From an uncultured Acidimicrobiales bacterium (GTDB taxonomy: Bacteria > Actinomycetota > Acidimicrobiia > Acidimicrobiales > UBA10347): a DNA stretch of 64,000 nucleotides. The DNA is taken from contig CALSSD010000005.1 in NCBI GenBank assembly GCA_943788915.1, positions 372,001-436,000 on the forward strand, read 5' to 3'. Made by a program: the position numbers and the translations under genes. The notes under the pieces were generated by a model that did no database searches, was not told the origin of the DNA, and was given only the letters and a program-made list of their open reading frames with translations. Below, piece by piece: positions 60,250-64,000 of the stretch. Within the stretch, counting starts at the first letter, position 1. Each line of letters opens with the position of its first letter.

Positions 60250-62002
60250 GTTCGGCCTCAGCTTCCTCATACGCGGTCGCCAGCGCGAGATAATCGGGGT
60301 TTGCCAGCAGCTCCTCGTGGGTACCGCGACCAGCGATACGGCCAGCTTTCACGAAGACAACCCGGTCAGCCAGCCGGATGGTGGACAGACGGTGGGCAAC
60401 GATGAGCATCGAGGGGGCATGTTCGCTATCTCGGAGCGCATCGAGGATTTGGCGTTCGATAGCGGCGTCGACCGCGCTTGTGGCATCGTCGAGCACAACA
60501 AGGCGAGGTTGCCCCGCGAGTGCTCGGGCCAAAGCAACACGCTGGCGCTGCCCACCCGAGAGTGTCATGCCCCGTTCGCCAACCACAGTCGACGTGTTAT
60601 CCGGAAGTGCGGTCACGAAGCCGGTCGCGCCAGCCGTGGCGATCGCACCGTCGATTTCGCGCCGTTCGATGCCGTTGCGCTCCAAACCGACATTGGCGTC
60701 GATCGTGTCGCCGAATAGGAAGGCTTCTTGAAAAGCGATGCGGATCGCATCGGTACGTACCGCTGGATCGAGATCGTCGATCGGAATGCCACCAAAGGTG
60801 ATCCGGCCACCAAGAGGTTCGAGGAGGCCAGCGAGTGCGGATACCAGCGTGGACTTGCCGCTGCCGGTTGCCCCAACCAGCGCGACCGTCTCGCCAGCAC
60901 GTACCTCGAGATCGACATCGTCGATGATGACCTGATCGCCGAATCCCAAGATGACATGTTCGAAGCGCAGGTCAGCATCGGCGTCGGTCAACATCTGGCC
61001 GGCTCCCGGCTCAGCGAATGGTTCATCGAGGACCGAGTGCAACCGAGCGCTCGCAGCCCGGGCAATCGGCACATTCTGCAAGAAGTAGCCCAAGATTCGC
61101 AGCGGAAGACTGAGTGTGGCGAATAACGCCGAGATCGCAATGAGCCCGCCAACAGTGGCTGCGCCGCTCTCGACCCGCCATGCGCCAATAAGGATGACCA
61201 GGACGATGCCAAGGCTGGGCACGGCGTTTAGTGTCGACTCGAAGATCGCACGTAACGTGCCTACCCGGACGCGATGTTGGCGCAGTTCCTCGGCCTCGGC
61301 GTTGAATCGGGCCGTCTCTGCTTGTTCCCGACCCAACAGCTTCACCACGAGTGCGCCGTCAAAACTCTCATGGGCGACAGCAGCCACCTTGCCGACCGAT
61401 GCTTGTTGTTGGGTCGCTGGGACCGAGACTCGCTGGGTGTAGACCCGGTTGAGCACGATCGAGATGGGGAAGATAGCGAACGCCAGCAACGCCAGCAATG
61501 GATCGACCAGGAACATGGCGATGGCAGCGAAGATGGCCATGAACAGTGCGGCGAAGGCGAACGGCAAGGGATGCAAGACCTCGGTCACTGTGTCGGAGTC
61601 GGTGTCGACATGTGCAAGAAGATCACCTGAGGATCGCCGTCGATAGAACGACATCGGCAAGCGCACGTAGGCATGGGCCAAGTCCCGGCGAAAGCCCCGG
61701 GAAACACGCTCGGCGGTCATGCCCGCGAAATAACGCCGGGCGACCACACCAATAATGCGAATCACCACGACCGAGAGCAGCACGGCTGCCCAACCAGCCA
61801 GACTCGACGACGAGATGTCTTCGCCTTGCTCGAATACTGGCAGGATGACGTCGTCGACAAGGCGGCCAAGAATCATCGCACTCATCACGGCACCAGCGGC
61901 AAATACCGCGCCGCCAAGCACCGCCACAGTGAATACCGGCCAATGAGGGCGAACCATCCGGCCGATGAATCGGATTGACTCACCTACCTCTGATTTCGCC
62001 AC
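60242..62002 (-). CDS. ABC exporter (TMD+NBD), first half of heterodimer (degenerate Walker B, LDDATS)
   Basis: GATGSGKS, LSGGQRQR, LDDATSAVD and VAHRLS motifs. Confidence 0.9.
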   Translation of the reverse strand: MAKSEVGESIRFIGRMVRPHWPVFTVAVLGGAVFAAGAVMSAMILGRLVDDVILPVFEQGEDISSSSLAGWAAVLLSVVVIRIIGVVARRYFAGMTAERVSRGFRRDLAHAYVRLPMSFYRRRSSGDLLAHVDTDSDTVTEVLHPLPFAFAALFMAIFAAIAMFLVDPLLALLAFAIFPISIVLNRVYTQRVSVPATQQQASVGKVAAVAHESFDGALVVKLLGREQAETARFNAEAEELRQHRVRVGTLRAIFESTLNAVPSLGIVLVILIGAWRVESGAATVGGLIAISALFATLSLPLRILGYFLQNVPIARAASARLHSVLDEPFAEPGAGQMLTDADADLRFEHVILGFGDQVIIDDVDLEVRAGETVALVGATGSGKSTLVSALAGLLEPLGGRITFGGIPIDDLDPAVRTDAIRIAFQEAFLFGDTIDANVGLERNGIERREIDGAIATAGATGFVTALPDNTSTVVGERGMTLSGGQRQRVALARALAGQPRLVVLDDATSAVDAAIERQILDALRDSEHAPSMLIVAHRLSTIRLADRVVFVKAGRIAGRGTHEELLANPDYLALATAYEEAEAERV

Positions 62003-62057
62003 CTAGTAACGGTAGCGCTCAAAGGGAAGACCCGACAGTGAATTAGAACACAGTGTC

Positions 62058-62356
62058 TCACCGCTCCGCTCAGGCCGACGTTCGTCGGACACGGTCTGCC
62101 TGTTTCTGGTCAGCTCCTCCGTCGCCTGCCGCCCGCTCGTCCCTCGCTCCCACCCGCCAGTCACCGCTCCGCTCAGGCCGACGTTCGTCGGACACGGTCT
62201 GCCTGTTTCTGGTCAGCTCCTCCGTCGCCTGCCGCCCGCTCGTCCCTCGCTCCCACCCGCCAGTCACCGCTCCGCTCAGGCCGACGTTCGTCGGACACGG
62301 TCTGCCTGTTTCTGGTCAGCTCCTCCGTCGCCTGCCGCCCGCTCGTCCCTCGCTCC
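62058..62356. repeat. 103-bp perfect tandem repeat x~2.9 with internal hairpin (REP-like)
   Basis: Identical units start at 62058, 62161 and 62264; each contains ccgacg-tt-cgtcgg. Confidence 0.95.
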
Positions 62357-62414
62357 GACCGCGTTATGCGCGATATGAGGCTCACAGATCGGGGATTTGG
62401 ATTGACCCGGCGGG

Positions 62415-62675
62415 CTAGTCGTCTTTGAGCGCCACGGCGTTGGGGGTTACGTTCATCTTGGGTTCGTAGGCAGCGGCTGCTTCGCCGGTTGCTTCGCCCT
62501 GCTGACTGGCCTTGAGTTCGGCGATGCAGTCCTGGCACGGAGCGTAGGAGTCCGCGGCCATGGTCTTCTCGCACCGGGGGCACGGGTACGACGACAGATC
62601 GAACTGCGTACGCTCGGGAAATACCGTTGGTGCAGGCTTGACGACCTCGGTGGCGCTCTTGTCTGCGGTACTCAT
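62415..62675 (-). CDS. Small hypothetical protein with CxxC..CxxC
   Basis: CPRC..CQDC..YEPKMNVTPNAVALKDD; follows the DUF3501 gene. Confidence 0.7.
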   Translation of the reverse strand: MSTADKSATEVVKPAPTVFPERTQFDLSSYPCPRCEKTMAADSYAPCQDCIAELKASQQGEATGEAAAAYEPKMNVTPNAVALKDD

Positions 62676-62705
62676 ATCTCGCCGCTGCTCATACTTTGAT
62701 GGTGC

Positions 62706-63266
62706 TCATAGTCGTGCGAGGTCCTCGGTGAGTGCAGCGATCTGTTCTGACGTGAACGTCACGTTCGACTCTAGACCTTCGAAGTCGGTTCCGATGGCAA
62801 CCGGCGTTTGGCCCTCGACCTGGAAGCGCAGGTACTGCACTGCGCTGATTCGGTCATCGCCAACCTGTGCCGGATCGAAGGTCGCGAAGACCTTGCTGCC
62901 GTCGGCGAACGAGACGTACAGCCGCGCTTGTAGGCCACGCCATTCAGTGAGCAGCCGAGACCGTTCGTCGGCATCGGGGACCTCGACCAGCAGCACACAA
63001 CCGATATCGCCGGGGCTCCCAAGCAGTGCGTTATACGTGTCGATCTCGTGCACGATGTCGGCCTCGCGTACGATTCGCTCGACCCGCATGATCTCTTGGA
63101 TCTGGTAACGAAGCGTGTCCCGATTTTCGAAGAGGACGGTCAGGTTCTCGTGCAGATGCACCCGACGCGGCTTCTTCGCCGCCATCGCCAGCGGTCGACT
63201 CGCTACCCGGTTGTCTTCGTAGGTGGCGAAGTCAACGATGTCGTTTCGCTCAACCAGACGTCGCAT
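62706..63266 (-). CDS. DUF3501 family protein
   Basis: Y...[26 protein letters not shown] and SAVQYLRF; 2 nt downstream of rubrerythrin. Confidence 0.85.
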   Translation of the reverse strand: MRRLVERNDIVDFATYEDNRVASRPLAMAAKKPRRVHLHENLTVLFENRDTLRYQIQEIMRVERIVREADIVHEIDTYNALLGSPGDIGCVLLVEVPDADERSRLLTEWRGLQARLYVSFADGSKVFATFDPAQVGDDRISAVQYLRFQVEGQTPVAIGTDFEGLESNVTFTSEQIAALTEDLARL

Positions 63267-63268
63267 GT

Positions 63269-63688
63269 TCAGCCCAGGAACTCGAGCATCTGCTCGAAAC
63301 GACCGGCATGGGACTTCTCGGCCTTGGCCAGAATCTCGAACCAGTCGGCGATGTCATCGAAGCCTTCGTCGCGTGCCGTCTTGGCGAAGGCTGGATACAT
63401 CTCGGTGTATTCGTGGGTTTCGGCCGTGATCGAAGCCCGCAGATTATCGGCCGTCGTACCGATTGGTTCACCGGTTACGGGATCGCCGACTGGCTGCAAA
63501 TAATCGAGATGCCCATGGGCATGACCGGTTTCGCCATCGGCAGTCGAGCGGAATCCAGCAGCGATATCTTCCTGGCCTTCGGCGTCGGCAACCTTGGCGA
63601 AGTAGAGGTAACGCCGGTTCGCTTGAGACTCGCCAGCAAACGCGGCTTTGAGGTTGTCATGGGTCTGCGATCCAGCAAGTTCGGCCAT
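63269..63688 (-). CDS. Rubrerythrin (short form, no rubredoxin domain)
   Basis: [34 protein letters not shown] and AEKSHA di-iron motifs. Confidence 0.93.
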   Translation of the reverse strand: MAELAGSQTHDNLKAAFAGESQANRRYLYFAKVADAEGQEDIAAGFRSTADGETGHAHGHLDYLQPVGDPVTGEPIGTTADNLRASITAETHEYTEMYPAFAKTARDEGFDDIADWFEILAKAEKSHAGRFEQMLEFLG

Positions 63689-63812
63689 GCCCCCAACGTA
63701 TCCATCCGAAGCCCACCATGACAGGCTCACCACGACTTGGTCGTCCAAACATGGCTGCACCGCATGAGGTACAACCCAGGGCTGCCTGGCCTACTACCCA
63801 CGACGACCCGCG

Positions 63813-63851
63813 AAAAAGCCCCGCCGGAACCTCGCGGTTCCGACGGGGCTT
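63813..63851 (-). terminator. Rho-independent terminator
   Basis: Minus strand reads aagccccgtcggaacc-gcga-ggttccggcggggc-ttttt. Confidence 0.85.
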
Positions 63852-64000
63852 CATTCACGAACTACTCACGTCAAGCAGTATTCGCTAACCCAGGTAGCGC
63901 AGCGGTCCGGGACCGCAGACGCTCAGGCTAGAAAACAGCCATTCGGCGCCCCAGCGCCGCATGGCGTACTACCCCAGGTCGAAGCGGTCGTTGTCCATTA

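Noticed and set aside
62058..62356. CRISPR or TIGR-like array
   Set aside because: Units are fully identical with no variable spacers, the period is 103 bp, and there are no cas or Nop-domain genes.
63900..64000. 3' end of a minus-strand gene (..MDNDRFDLG*)
   Set aside because: Too short to identify.
1..64000. Prophage, IS, integron or defence island
   Set aside because: No integrase, transposase, phage structural or known defence genes, and no obvious low-GC block.

Overview
GC-rich actinobacterial chromosome segment. Gene content (F420-type enzymes, SCO6745 and DUF3501 families, many acyl-CoA enzymes) and frequent leaderless -10 boxes suggest Acidimicrobiia, but this is inference. About 50 genes are present: purL (partial), F420/flavin oxidoreductases, RimK-RCK_C plus an aspartoacylase-family enzyme, two PEP-utiliser (His-swivel) phosphotransferase homologues lacking an ATP-grasp domain, a Rieske oxygenase, acoA/acoB/acoX-like genes without E2/E3, a lipid/CoA catabolic set, metY, an Opp/Dpp ABC importer, an ATP-grasp gene, tldD/tldE, a GNAT, a heterodimeric ABC exporter and rubrerythrin-DUF3501. 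I saw no tRNA, rRNA, CRISPR array, integrase or transposase. Structure not explained by the ORF track: (i) a REP-like hairpin repeat family, with a 103-bp x ~2.9 perfect tandem array, an inverted pair that appears to supply the N-terminus of a HIT-like gene, and a partial copy; (ii) at least four intergenic spacers that are collapsed gene remnants (F420-LLM, SnoaL, ABC-2 permease, SDR); (iii) a perfect 33-bp palindrome in a divergent intergenic region; (iv) about ten small frameshifts, mostly at 49.9-54.6 kb, probably long-read consensus errors. I found no unambiguous new system. The best candidates are the orphan PEP-utiliser pair, the repeat family and the ATP-grasp/TldDE/GNAT/ABC neighbourhood. 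All family calls come from motif recognition, not database searches.
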